Shown here one piece after another: positions 27,390 to 37,207 of a stretch of DNA of 64,000 nucleotides. Source of the DNA: Candidatus Thiodiazotropha sp. GTDB lineage: Bacteria; Pseudomonadota; Gammaproteobacteria; Chromatiales; Chromatiaceae. A program made the translations under genes and the position numbers. Location of the stretch: positions 31,636 to 95,635 of the forward strand of contig JBNKJP010000067.1 of NCBI GenBank assembly GCA_050291245.1, read 5' to 3'. The notes beneath the pieces are model-generated. The model was given only the letters and a program-made list of their open reading frames with translations. It was not told the origin of the DNA and made no database searches. Each line of letters begins with the position of its first letter. Positions within the stretch are counted from its first letter, which is position 1.

Positions 27390-28868
27390 ATGAAGATCAC
27401 TCTGACAGTCACCCAAACCGCCGGCATGCCACCGGCCCAACCCATGTCGGTCAGCTTCGACGAGGACGGCGGCCGGATCGGCCGGCGCGCGGACAACGAT
27501 TGGGTGTTGCCCGACCCGGAGCGGTTCATCTCCGGTCAGCATGCCCAGATCGGTTTTGCCGACGGTTGCTTCTACCTGCTCGACACCAGTTCCAACGGGG
27601 TGTTCATCAATAACGCCTCGTCCCCCCTGGGCAAGAACAACCAGGTCAATCTCACGGACGGTGACCGCATCACCATAGGCGACTACGAGATTCAGGTCTC
27701 CCTGCCCACCCCGCCCCAGGCCGCGGCCATCAGCCAGTCCTTCGAGGGGCTCGATGACCCGTTCGCGTCACTCTCGGAACAACATGCCGGCGGCTCCCTG
27801 GAACAGGCCTTTCCCCTCGCGGATGCACCACCCTCGGAAGCGCCTTCGGTGGAGGAATCCTATCAACTGGAGGAATCCGAACCCCGGGAGTTCAGCCTGA
27901 AGGAACCCGAGGAAGCGTCTCCTGGGATACCTCCGGCATCGGACCACACCTCGGACCTCAACGCCTATTTCAACCAACCCAGCCCGATCCCGGAAGACTG
28001 GGACCTGGATGAGTCTTCGTCCCAGGGGATCGATGCGCGGGAGTCAACACCCCTGCCGGAAATCCTGCCGCCACTGGAGACACCACCGGCCCGGGAGAAA
28101 ACCCCGCCTCCGCTGTGGGAGGAGGCGTCCGTGCAACCCTCCGAACCGGTTTCGATTCCGCGACCGGGACAAGGGGCCAAACCGGCGCCCCCCCCTGCTC
28201 CAGCGCCACCGGAACCCCAGGAGACTCCATCGGCACCGGAGTACCGTGGCGATGAAACCGGTTTACGCCAGGCCTTGGCAGACGGTCTGGGGATTCCCCC
28301 GAGCCATCTGGAATCCCTGCCCCTGGCAACACTGCTGAAGACCCTGGGACAGATCCTGCGCATCAGCACCGAGGGTAATATGTCCCTGTTGCGGGCCCGG
28401 GCCCAGATTAAGGGCGAATTCCGCATGAACCAGACCATGATCAAGCCGATGGAGAACAATCCCCTGAAATTCTCCATCAACACCGAGGAGGCCCTGCGAC
28501 AGCTCCTGAATCCGAATTCAGGCAGCGGTTATCTGACAGCCCTGGCCGCTTTTCAGGAAGCCCATGAGGATATCGAAGCCCATATGATGGCGGTCATGGT
28601 GGGGATGCAGGCGGCCCTCAAGGTGGTGCTGCAGCGTTTCAAACCGGAGATTCTGGAACAGCGTCTCGGCCAGTCGGCCCTGTTGGAAAAACTTCCGCTT
28701 TACCGCCATGCCAAGACCTGGGACCTGTTCACCGAACTCTACCAGGAGATCGCCACCGAGGCGGAGGATGACTTTCACCATCTGTTCGGCCGCACCTTCA
28801 CTCAGGCCTATGAAGACCAAATCCGTCGCCTGGAAGCACTGAAACGCTCGGATCCCAGTGGCTTATAA
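27390..28868 (+). CDS. tagH: T6SS FHA-domain protein TagH (Fha)
   Basis: FHA motif IGRRADNDWVLPDPERFISGQHA; Pro-rich linker; MNQTMIKPMENNPLKFS; FTQAYE. Confidence 0.93.
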   Translation: MKITLTVTQTAGMPPAQPMSVSFDEDGGRIGRRADNDWVLPDPERFISGQHAQIGFADGCFYLLDTSSNGVFINNASSPLGKNNQVNLTDGDRITIGDYEIQVSLPTPPQAAAISQSFEGLDDPFASLSEQHAGGSLEQAFPLADAPPSEAPSVEESYQLEESEPREFSLKEPEEASPGIPPASDHTSDLNAYFNQPSPIPEDWDLDESSSQGIDARESTPLPEILPPLETPPAREKTPPPLWEEASVQPSEPVSIPRPGQGAKPAPPPAPAPPEPQETPSAPEYRGDETGLRQALADGLGIPPSHLESLPLATLLKTLGQILRISTEGNMSLLRARAQIKGEFRMNQTMIKPMENNPLKFSINTEEALRQLLNPNSGSGYLTALAAFQEAHEDIEAHMMAVMVGMQAALKVVLQRFKPEILEQRLGQSALLEKLPLYRHAKTWDLFTELYQEIATEAEDDFHHLFGRTFTQAYEDQIRRLEALKRSDPSGL

Positions 28869-28893
28869 TTATTTACTCAAGGAATCTGTAAAG

Positions 28894-29358
28894 ATGAAAA
28901 AAAACCTGACCACCTACCTGAGTCTCCTCCTCCTGCTCAGCCTGACCCTGCTGGCCGGCTGTTCGAGCGTTTCCAGCGTAAAGGCCACCCTGCATGCGAA
29001 CAAACAGGTCAACCCCGATCTCAACGGCAGACCTTCCCCCATCGCGGTTCGGGTCTACGAACTGAAATCCCTGAGCGTGTTCAATAGCTCCGACTTCTTC
29101 AACCTGTTCGAACAGGACGTAGCATTGCTGGGTGACGAGATGCTGATGCGGGATGAGTTGCATTTTCAGCCCGGGGAAACCAAGGAACTGAACCGGGACC
29201 TGCAGCCGGATACCCGGTACATCGGCGTGATTGGTGCCTACCGCGATATCGAGGACGCCACCTGGCGCCGCTCCATAGAAGTCGAACCGGAGGAGGAAAA
29301 CAGCCTCTCCATCTTTTTCGGCGAGTTGGGTATCACCATCCTGAGAAACCAAAAGTAA
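28894..29358 (+). CDS. tssJ: T6SS outer-membrane lipoprotein TssJ
   Basis: Lipobox LLAG-C; NPDLNGRPSPIAVRVYEL; YIGVIGAYRDI. Confidence 0.93.
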   Translation: MKKNLTTYLSLLLLLSLTLLAGCSSVSSVKATLHANKQVNPDLNGRPSPIAVRVYELKSLSVFNSSDFFNLFEQDVALLGDEMLMRDELHFQPGETKELNRDLQPDTRYIGVIGAYRDIEDATWRRSIEVEPEEENSLSIFFGELGITILRNQK

Positions 29359-29367
29359 GAGAAGCCC

Positions 29368-30702
29368 ATGTCTTGGATGTCTCGTATCGTCTGGTCGGAG
29401 GGCATGTTCCTCAGACCCCAACATTTCCAGCAGCAGGAGCGATTCCTGGAGCGCCATATCCAGGCGCGCTGTGCCGATCTGCAGCCCTTCAGTTGGGGAT
29501 TCACCCATCTCAAGCTCGATCGGCAGGCCCTGGCCCTGGGACGTCTGGCGGTCACCGCCTGCCGGGGTGTGCTGCCGGATGGCACCACATTCGACATCCC
29601 GGCCCATGATGATCCCCCGCCCCCCCTGGAGATCCCGGCGGATCGCAAGGGTGCGGTGATCTACCTGGCCCTGCCCCTGTCCCGTCCCGGTGCGGCGCAA
29701 TTCCGCTATGCCGGCCAAGAGCCCGGACTGGAGCGCTTCCTGGTGGACGAGATCGAAACCAAGGACGACATCGCCGGTTCCTCGAACGCCTCGATGCTGC
29801 AGGTCGCCAAACCCACCCTGCGCCTGTTGCTCGGTGATGCGGAACTCGAGGAGTTTGCCCATCTCGCCATCACCCGGGTGGTTGAACGGCGCTCCGACGA
29901 CATGCTGGTGCTGGACGAGGAGTTCATCCCCCCCTGTCTCGACTGCGAGGTATCCACCCGCCTGTCGGGCTATGTGAAAGAGATCGAGGGTCTGCTGCAT
30001 CATCGCGCGGACGCCATCGCGGCACGCCTGGTCGATGGGGGCAAGGGGATCGCCGAGGTGGCCGATTTCCTGATGCTTCAGGTGGTCAACCGCTATGAGC
30101 CCCTGTACACCCACTATACCCAGAGGGTGCCGTTGCATCCGGTCGCGTTTTACGAAACCTGTCTGGAACTGGCCGGGGAACTGGCCACCTTCACCAGCAC
30201 CAACAAGCGCCCGCCGCCTTTTCCGGTCTACCAGCACCAAGCCCTGCAGGAGACCTTTACTCCGCTGATCCGCGAACTGCGCCGATCCCTCAGCATGGTG
30301 CTGGAACAGAAAGCGGTGCCGATCCCGCTGGAAGAGCGCAAATACGGCATCCGGGTCGCCAGCATCGCCGACCGCAAACTTCTGACCGATGCCAGCTTCG
30401 TGCTCGCGGTCAACGCCAACATGGCCGCGGATGCGTTGCAACGACGCTTCCCGAGCCAAAGCAAGATCGGTCCGGTGGAGAAGATCCGCGACCTGGTCAA
30501 TCTGCAACTGCCCGGTATTGGTCTGCGTACCCTGTCTGTAGCCCCCAGACAGATCCCCTATAACGCAGGCTTCAGTTATTTCGAGCTGGATAAAAGTAAC
30601 GACTATTGGAACCTGCTTGAAACCTCAGGAGGATGTGCCATACATATAGGAGGCGAATTCCCGGGCCTGGAACTCGAACTGTGGGCCATAAAAGGTAGCT
30701 GA
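29368..30702 (+). CDS. tssK: T6SS baseplate subunit TssK
   Basis: IVWSEGMFLRPQHFQQQ; DFLMLQVVNRY; LPGI; YFEL. Confidence 0.97.
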   Translation: MSWMSRIVWSEGMFLRPQHFQQQERFLERHIQARCADLQPFSWGFTHLKLDRQALALGRLAVTACRGVLPDGTTFDIPAHDDPPPPLEIPADRKGAVIYLALPLSRPGAAQFRYAGQEPGLERFLVDEIETKDDIAGSSNASMLQVAKPTLRLLLGDAELEEFAHLAITRVVERRSDDMLVLDEEFIPPCLDCEVSTRLSGYVKEIEGLLHHRADAIAARLVDGGKGIAEVADFLMLQVVNRYEPLYTHYTQRVPLHPVAFYETCLELAGELATFTSTNKRPPPFPVYQHQALQETFTPLIRELRRSLSMVLEQKAVPIPLEERKYGIRVASIADRKLLTDASFVLAVNANMAADALQRRFPSQSKIGPVEKIRDLVNLQLPGIGLRTLSVAPRQIPYNAGFSYFELDKSNDYWNLLETSGGCAIHIGGEFPGLELELWAIKGS

Positions 30703-30704
30703 CA

Positions 30705-32027
30705 ATGGATCACGACGACCCATTTGGCATGAAGCCCAACGACACAGGTGACCGCACAGTATTGCGTCCCAGACCGGGTGGCAAGGGTCCCGCGACCCCA
30801 TCCCGCCCCGCTGCGCCGCCACCCCCTTCCGCGCCCGCCCCACGGGGTCCGGTCCCCAGCCTGCCCACCCGCCATGGTGCGAACAAGCTGGAGATCGCCG
30901 CCTCCGCCCTGCTCTCCATGCTGGGTCGGTTGCGGGATACTCCGTCCCATCCCGACCCCGCCTCATTGAAGAACTCGATCATCGAAAAGATCCGCCAGTT
31001 CGAACAGAAGGGCCAGGAACTGGGCGTGGAGCGGGAAACCCTGTTCTGGGCCCGTTATGTACTCTGTACGGCGATCGACGAGATGGTGCTCTCCACCCCC
31101 TGGGGCAATCAGGGCGTGTGGCGGGACCAGAGCCTGCTGGTCACCCTGCATAACGAAGCCTGGGGCGGAGAGAAATTTTTCCAGTTGCTGCAGAAACTGT
31201 TGCAGAGTCCCGCCAAGAACCTGGAGTTGCTGGAGTTGATGTATATCTGTCTCAGTTTCGGTTTCGAGGGACGCTACCGCCCCCTGCCGGACGGTTATGC
31301 CCAGTTACAGACCCTGCGGGACAACCTCTACCGCACCATCCGCAATCTCCACGAGGAGTACGAACGGGATCTGTCGGGTCATTGGCAGGGTCTGGCGCTG
31401 AAGCAGAACGCACTGGTTCAATACGTCCCCCTGTGGGTGGTGGTGGCGGTCTCCAGTGTGATTCTATTGCTGATGTACTCCGGCTTCAGCCTCAGCCTCA
31501 ACGTCAAATCCGACCCGGTACACGCGCAACTGCACAACATCGCGCGCAATGTTAAGACCGTGGTGGATCGCAAACCGCCCCCGCCCCCGGTGATCCCCCA
31601 ACTGACCCTCAAGACCCTGCTGGCCGATGAGATCGCCCGCAACCAGGTCAGTGTCGAGGAGGATTACACCCATGGCAGCGTGCGCATCGCCGGTGACGGT
31701 CTGTTCGCCTCGGGCAGCGTGGCGGTGAATTCCCAATATGTACCGCTGTTGGAGCAGATCGCCGGGGCCATGGATCAACTCGATGGAGAGATCGAGGTCG
31801 TGGGGCATACCGATAATGTGCCGATCCGCAGTCTGCGTTATCCCTCGAACTGGCACCTCTCCCGGGCCCGGGCCGAGTCGGTGGCGAAGCTCCTCGCATC
31901 CGACATCGCGCAACCCGCCCGGATTCACAGTGACGGTCGGGGTTCCGCGGAACCCCTGGCCTCCAATGACACCTCAGAGGGTCGGGCACGCAACCGGCGT
32001 GTCGAGATCACTCTGATCAAACAATAG
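30705..32027 (+). CDS. tssL: T6SS inner-membrane protein TssL/DotU with C-terminal OmpA/MotB peptidoglycan-binding domain
   Basis: HNEAWGGEKFF; LSFGFEGRY; one TM; GHTDNVPI; LSRARAESV; RARNRRVEI. Confidence 0.95.
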   Translation: MDHDDPFGMKPNDTGDRTVLRPRPGGKGPATPSRPAAPPPPSAPAPRGPVPSLPTRHGANKLEIAASALLSMLGRLRDTPSHPDPASLKNSIIEKIRQFEQKGQELGVERETLFWARYVLCTAIDEMVLSTPWGNQGVWRDQSLLVTLHNEAWGGEKFFQLLQKLLQSPAKNLELLELMYICLSFGFEGRYRPLPDGYAQLQTLRDNLYRTIRNLHEEYERDLSGHWQGLALKQNALVQYVPLWVVVAVSSVILLLMYSGFSLSLNVKSDPVHAQLHNIARNVKTVVDRKPPPPPVIPQLTLKTLLADEIARNQVSVEEDYTHGSVRIAGDGLFASGSVAVNSQYVPLLEQIAGAMDQLDGEIEVVGHTDNVPIRSLRYPSNWHLSRARAESVAKLLASDIAQPARIHSDGRGSAEPLASNDTSEGRARNRRVEITLIKQ

Positions 32028-32042
32028 GCTTTCACGAAAACC

Positions 32043-35000
32043 ATGCGAGCGCTACTGAGAATCATAAAAAACCGCTGGTTCGTCGCCATTCTGGGATTGA
32101 TCGCCCTGTCGGTGATCATTTGGCTGGTTGGCCCCCTGTTCGCCATCGCCGGATACGAACCCCTGGGTTCGGTCATCGCCCGTCTGGTGGCGATCGGCAT
32201 CATTATCCTGCTGTGGGGCGCGAACCAGTTCCGCCGCTACTGGCAGGCCCGCAAAAAGAACCAGCAGATGCTGGAAAGCGTGGTCGGCCAGAAGGACCAA
32301 CCCTCCCGGGGTGCCCAGGAATCCTCGGAAGAGATTCAGATCCTCGGGCAACGTCTCGATGAGGCGATCCGCATCCTCAAGGAATCGAAGGTGGGCGGCA
32401 AGCAGAACCGTCAGTACCTCTACCAGCTGCCCTGGTATATGTTCATCGGACCACCGGGCAGCGGCAAGACCACCGCCCTGCTCAACTCCGGACTGCACTT
32501 TCCCCTGGCGGACAAGCTGGGCAACGACGCGGTACAGGGCATCGGCGGCACCCGCAACTGCGACTGGTGGTTCACCGATGACGCGGTACTGCTCGATACC
32601 GCGGGTCGCTATACCACCCAGGACAGCTACGAAGAGGTGGACCGGGCCGCCTGGATGGGCTTTCTCGACCTGTTGAAGAAACACCGCAAACGCCGTCCCA
32701 TCAACGGCGCCCTGGTGGCGATCAGCGTGGAAGACATTCTGCAGCAGACCGATCTCGAACGGATCAATCACGCCAAGGCGATCCGCATGCGGGTCAAGGA
32801 GCTGATCGACCATTTCGGTATCCGCTTCCCGATCTACGTGCTGTTCACCAAGTGCGACCTGCTGGCCGGATTCAACGAGTTCTTTGAAAACCTCCCCCGG
32901 GAGGAACGCAACCAGGTGTGGGGCATGACCTTTCCCCTCACCGACAAGAGCGCCCAGGAGAGTGGCATCGGCCATTTCCGCGAGGAGTTCCGCGCCCTGG
33001 AACAGCGCATCGACGCCCGACTGATGGACCGCCTGGAGCAGGAACGGGACGTCAAACGCCGGGTCCTGATCTACTCCTTCCCGCAACAGTTCAGCGCCCT
33101 GCGGGATGCCGCCGAGGCGTTTCTCCACGAGGCGTTCAACGCCAACCGGTTCCAGGAGACCCCCATGCTTCGGGGTGTCTACTTCACCAGCGGCACCCAG
33201 GAGGGCACCCCGATCGACCGGCTGCTCGGTTCCATGGCCCAGGAGTTCGGTCTCAACCGGCAGATCGCCCCCGCCTTCTCCGGCAGCGGCCGCAGCTATT
33301 TCATCAACCGGTTGTTCAAGGATCTGATCTTCGCTGAATCCCATCTCGCGGGGATCAACACCCGGGTTGAGAGACAGCGTGCCTGGCTGCAACGCATCGC
33401 CTATGCCGGCTCCCTGGGTATCGCGGTACTCGCCGGTATCGCCTGGTTCACCAGTTATAGCCGCAATCAGAGTTATATCGACCAGGTGGCGGTCCAGGCC
33501 AATGCCGCAAACACTCAGGTCAACGCCGTGGCGCCGGACGATCTGACCCTCACCGATGTGGTGCCGGCCCTTGATCAGGTACGGCAGATTCCCGGCGGTT
33601 ATGCGGATCGCGACAGCGACATTCCCTGGCTGATGGGGCTGGGACTCTACCAGGGTGACAAACTGGGCAGCGAAGCGATCAACGCCTATCACAACACCCT
33701 GAAAAACCTGTTTCTGCCGCGCATCATTCTCAGCCTGGAGGATCAGCTCAACCAGCAGGGCAACAACGCCGACTTCCGCTACGAGGCGCTGAAGGTCTAC
33801 CTGATGTTCGCCGACAGCGAGCATTTCGACCCGGAGACGGTCAAGACCTGGATGCTGCTACAGTGGCAACTGGATCTCCCCGGGGCGGAGAACGCCCAGG
33901 CTCGTCAGACCCTGGCGGAACACCTGGACGCGCTGCTCACCCAGATGCCGATGCCACCGACCCTGCCCCTGGACGACGCCCTGATCAGCCGGGTACGCAA
34001 TGACCTGCTCCGGGTACCCCTGGCGGACCGGGTCTACAACCGCATGAAACGGGTCACCCAGGAAGGCTCCTTGCGCCCATTGCGACTCACTCAGGAGATC
34101 GGCGCGGATGCGGAGCGAGTATTCAGCCGCCGCTCCGGCAAGTCCCTGGACGAACCCATCCCCGTCCTGTTCACCTATGAGGGGTATCACAAACTCTTCC
34201 TCAAGGACCACCTGGCCATCGCCAACCGGTTGCTGGATGAGAAGTGGATCCTCGGCCCGGAGCTGGAGAAGATCGTCGGCGAGACGGATCTCAACCTGCT
34301 CAGCCGCCAGGTCAAGGATCTCTACTACACCGAGTACGTCCGGATCTGGGATCAGTTGCTGGCGGACATCCGGGTCAAACCCTTCAGCGACATGCGCCAG
34401 GCGGTGGAGATCCTCAATATCATCTCCGGCCCGACCTCGCCCCTGCGCCGTTATCTGACCCTGATCAAGGAGCAGACCACCCTGGCCCGGCTGCCCGGTG
34501 GCGCGCAGAAGGCCGCCGAACTGGCGGCCAAAAACAGCTCAGGCATCACCCGGCGGCTCGCCTCGATCCTCCAGGTCTCCCCGGAGGAGGGCGACAGCCA
34601 GGGCCAGCAGGACTCCATGATGACCACCCCCGTGGATCAGCATTTCGCCAGTCTGAACCGGATGATCGAGGCCGGGGAAGGCGAGCAGCCCCCGGTGGAG
34701 CGTACGATTGAAATGCTCAATGAGTTGTATGCACATATGAGCCGAATCGCCGGCTCCGGCAACCAATCGAGCCAGGCCTTCGATGTGGCCCGGGACCAGG
34801 GTGCCGGCGGTGGCGTGATCAGCCGTCTGAAACTCGAGGCCAAACGCCAACCCGGTCCCATCGCGGACATGCTGACCACCCTGGCGGACGGCAGCTCCAA
34901 TCTCACCGTCTCCGGTGTTCGAAGCCACCTCAATTCGGTCTGGAACAGCCAGATCCTGCCCTTCTGTCAACGCAGCCTGAGAGGACGCTATCCGCTTAAT

Positions 35001-35627
35001 CCGGAGGGTACCCGGGAGGTGACGATCAGTGACTTCGGGCGCTTCTTCGGCCCCGGTGGAATGATGGACGATTTCTTCAATAATTACCTGCGACAGTTCG
35101 TCGATACCAGTCGCCGCACCTGGCGCTGGAATGCCGCCGGTAACCGCTCCCTAGGGATTCCTAGCAGTACCCTGAAACAGTTCCAGCGCGCGGCGGTGAT
35201 CCGGGACGCGTTCTTCAGCGGCAGTGGTCTGGAACCCAAAATCGACTTCGAGATCAAGCCCCTGGGCATGGACACTACCATCACCCAGATCACCCTGCTG
35301 CTGAACCAGCAGCGGGTACGCTACAACCACGGACCGACCCGTTGGAACCGTCTCACCTGGCCTGACGACTCCGGTATCAGCGATGCCAAGATCCTGTTGG
35401 CGCCACCTGCGGGTAGCAAACCCTCGGGCATCACCGAAGATGGTCCCTGGGGCTTGTTCCGCCTGCTCGACCAGGCCAAGGTCAGCCCCACCGATGCCCC
35501 GGAAACCCTCCAGGTGGCCTTTAATGTGGGGGGTCGAAAATCCCGTTTCGCCGTGCGTGCCAGCGGTGCGCTCAATCCCTTCAAGCTCAAAGAATTGACG
35601 GATTTCCAGTGCCCGAACCGACTCTGA
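32043..35627 (+). CDS. tssM: T6SS membrane complex protein TssM (IcmF)
   Basis: LPWYMFIGPPGSGKTT; TRNCDWWF; LDTAGRY; RGVYFTSGTQEG. Confidence 0.97.
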   Translation: MRALLRIIKNRWFVAILGLIALSVIIWLVGPLFAIAGYEPLGSVIARLVAIGIIILLWGANQFRRYWQARKKNQQMLESVVGQKDQPSRGAQESSEEIQILGQRLDEAIRILKESKVGGKQNRQYLYQLPWYMFIGPPGSGKTTALLNSGLHFPLADKLGNDAVQGIGGTRNCDWWFTDDAVLLDTAGRYTTQDSYEEVDRAAWMGFLDLLKKHRKRRPINGALVAISVEDILQQTDLERINHAKAIRMRVKELIDHFGIRFPIYVLFTKCDLLAGFNEFFENLPREERNQVWGMTFPLTDKSAQESGIGHFREEFRALEQRIDARLMDRLEQERDVKRRVLIYSFPQQFSALRDAAEAFLHEAFNANRFQETPMLRGVYFTSGTQEGTPIDRLLGSMAQEFGLNRQIAPAFSGSGRSYFINRLFKDLIFAESHLAGINTRVERQRAWLQRIAYAGSLGIAVLAGIAWFTSYSRNQSYIDQVAVQANAANTQVNAVAPDDLTLTDVVPALDQVRQIPGGYADRDSDIPWLMGLGLYQGDKLGSEAINAYHNTLKNLFLPRIILSLEDQLNQQGNNADFRYEALKVYLMFADSEHFDPETVKTWMLLQWQLDLPGAENAQARQTLAEHLDALLTQMPMPPTLPLDDALISRVRNDLLRVPLADRVYNRMKRVTQEGSLRPLRLTQEIGADAERVFSRRSGKSLDEPIPVLFTYEGYHKLFLKDHLAIANRLLDEKWILGPELEKIVGETDLNLLSRQVKDLYYTEYVRIWDQLLADIRVKPFSDMRQAVEILNIISGPTSPLRRYLTLIKEQTTLARLPGGAQKAAELAAKNSSGITRRLASILQVSPEEGDSQGQQDSMMTTPVDQHFASLNRMIEAGEGEQPPVERTIEMLNELYAHMSRIAGSGNQSSQAFDVARDQGAGGGVISRLKLEAKRQPGPIADMLTTLADGSSNLTVSGVRSHLNSVWNSQILPFCQRSLRGRYPLNPEGTREVTISDFGRFFGPGGMMDDFFNNYLRQFVDTSRRTWRWNAAGNRSLGIPSSTLKQFQRAAVIRDAFFSGSGLEPKIDFEIKPLGMDTTITQITLLLNQQRVRYNHGPTRWNRLTWPDDSGISDAKILLAPPAGSKPSGITEDGPWGLFRLLDQAKVSPTDAPETLQVAFNVGGRKSRFAVRASGALNPFKLKELTDFQCPNRL

Positions 35628-36394
35628 ATTCAACAACTAATGACGACTATCCTGGTCTCTACGGCAAGATTCCCACCCTCGGGGATTTCGTTACCCGACG
35701 CCTGCCCAGGGGCTTCATCGGACCCTGGGAGACCTGGATGCAGGAGGCGATCGCCAACAGTCGCGAACAGCTGGGCGATTTCTGGCTCGACAACTATCTG
35801 ACCAGCCCCCTGTGGCGATTCACCCTGTCACCCGGCATTTGCGGCGAACAGGGCTGGGCCGGCATTCTCATGCCGAGCGTGGACCGGGTCGGTCGTTACT
35901 ACCCTTTCACTCTGGCCGCACGGCTCGATCCCCAGTGCAATCTGTTCCTCTTCATGGAGGAGTCAGAGGGTTGGTTCTCCCGTATGGAGGATCTGGCCCT
36001 TTCCTGTCTCGATGATGGATTCGACATGGCCGCCCTGGACCAGCAACTGCAAGCCTTGGGAGCACCCACCTGCCAGGCCAATGAACTGGAACTGGGCGGG
36101 TCCGCCTTAAGCAATGCCTGGCATGCTCATCTGAGCGAGCAAGGGGCCCTGCGCGGCCTCTATCCCAGATTTCTCCCCCATCTGATGAAGAAACTGCTGT
36201 TTGCCTACAGCCTGTGGTGGACTCAGGGTTCCGAGCGCATCTCCCCCTCCCTGTTGATCTGTCAGGGACTGCCCCAGATCAAAGGCGCCAGCGCCCTGAT
36301 CGACGGCGCCTGGGCGCAACACGGCTGGGAGGAGATTGAAAGCGGAACCTTCCAGATGGGATTCACCCCGGATGAAACCCCAGAGTCCCCATGA
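35609..36394 (+). CDS. tagF: T6SS post-translational repressor TagF
   Basis: GLYGKIPTLGDFV; PSVDRVGRYYP; SLWWTQG. Confidence 0.92.
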   Translation: MPEPTLNSTTNDDYPGLYGKIPTLGDFVTRRLPRGFIGPWETWMQEAIANSREQLGDFWLDNYLTSPLWRFTLSPGICGEQGWAGILMPSVDRVGRYYPFTLAARLDPQCNLFLFMEESEGWFSRMEDLALSCLDDGFDMAALDQQLQALGAPTCQANELELGGSALSNAWHAHLSEQGALRGLYPRFLPHLMKKLLFAYSLWWTQGSERISPSLLICQGLPQIKGASALIDGAWAQHGWEEIESGTFQMGFTPDETPESP

Positions 36395-37146
36395 GTCAGA
36401 ACAGCTTCTATTGGGTCTCCGCGCACCTGTCAGACAAAGGGATGGTTCGTTCCATCAACGAGGACTCCTGTCTGGACCGGGCCGATCTGGGACTCTGGGT
36501 GGTCGCCGATGGCATGGGGGGCCATGCCGCGGGGGATCTCGCTTCGCAGATGATCGTGCATGAGCTCAAATCCACCCAACCCGGGGATTCGATCAGCCAT
36601 CTGGCCAATGAGGTCGCACTGCGCCTGCAGACGGTCAACCAGAGACTCCTGGAGGAATCGGAACGCAGGGGCGGGGAGATTATCGGCTCCACGGTTGTGA
36701 CCCTGCTGGCCCATGACGGTTACTGTATCTACCAGTGGGCCGGTGACAGCCGCATCTACCTGTTCCGCCGGGGCGTTCTCAAACAGCTCAGCCGGGATCA
36801 CAGCCAGATTGAAGAACTGATCGAGCTGGGAATGATGAGTGCCGACCAGGCCGAGCAGTCCTCCATCGCCAACTACATCACCCGTGCCGTGGGCGCCAGT
36901 GAAAACCTTGAACTCGAAGCCGAGATCATCGAACCCCGGGACGGGGATCTGTTCCTGCTGTGCAGCGACGGGCTGAACAAGGAGGTCAGCGACGAGGAGA
37001 TCGCCCAGGTTCTGGAGCGCTACCCGTTCCAGGAGGCCATCCAGCAGCTCATCGATCTGGCCATGGCCCGTGGCGCCCGAGACAACATCACCCTGATCCT
37101 GGTTGAGGCCCGCTCGACTCATATTGCGGGAGACAGTGAAATATGA
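36391..37146 (+). CDS. pppA: PP2C-family Ser/Thr phosphatase PppA (TagG)
   Basis: VADGMGGH; WAGDSRIY; SRDHS; LLCSDGL; DNIT; translationally coupled to tagF. Confidence 0.9.
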   Translation: MSQNSFYWVSAHLSDKGMVRSINEDSCLDRADLGLWVVADGMGGHAAGDLASQMIVHELKSTQPGDSISHLANEVALRLQTVNQRLLEESERRGGEIIGSTVVTLLAHDGYCIYQWAGDSRIYLFRRGVLKQLSRDHSQIEELIELGMMSADQAEQSSIANYITRAVGASENLELEAEIIEPRDGDLFLLCSDGLNKEVSDEEIAQVLERYPFQEAIQQLIDLAMARGARDNITLILVEARSTHIAGDSEI

Positions 37147-37207
37147 TCTTCTATGTTGGTGTCAGTAAACCCGGCAGACACACCCCTGATAATCAAGGAC
37201 GCATGTT

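Noticed and set aside
17605-33824. Long antisense ORFs (e.g. 17605-18543, 21658-23217, 24848-25837, 28873-30507, 32052-33824)
   Set aside because: These are shadows of GC3-rich T6SS genes on the opposite strand, with no motifs and atypical composition.
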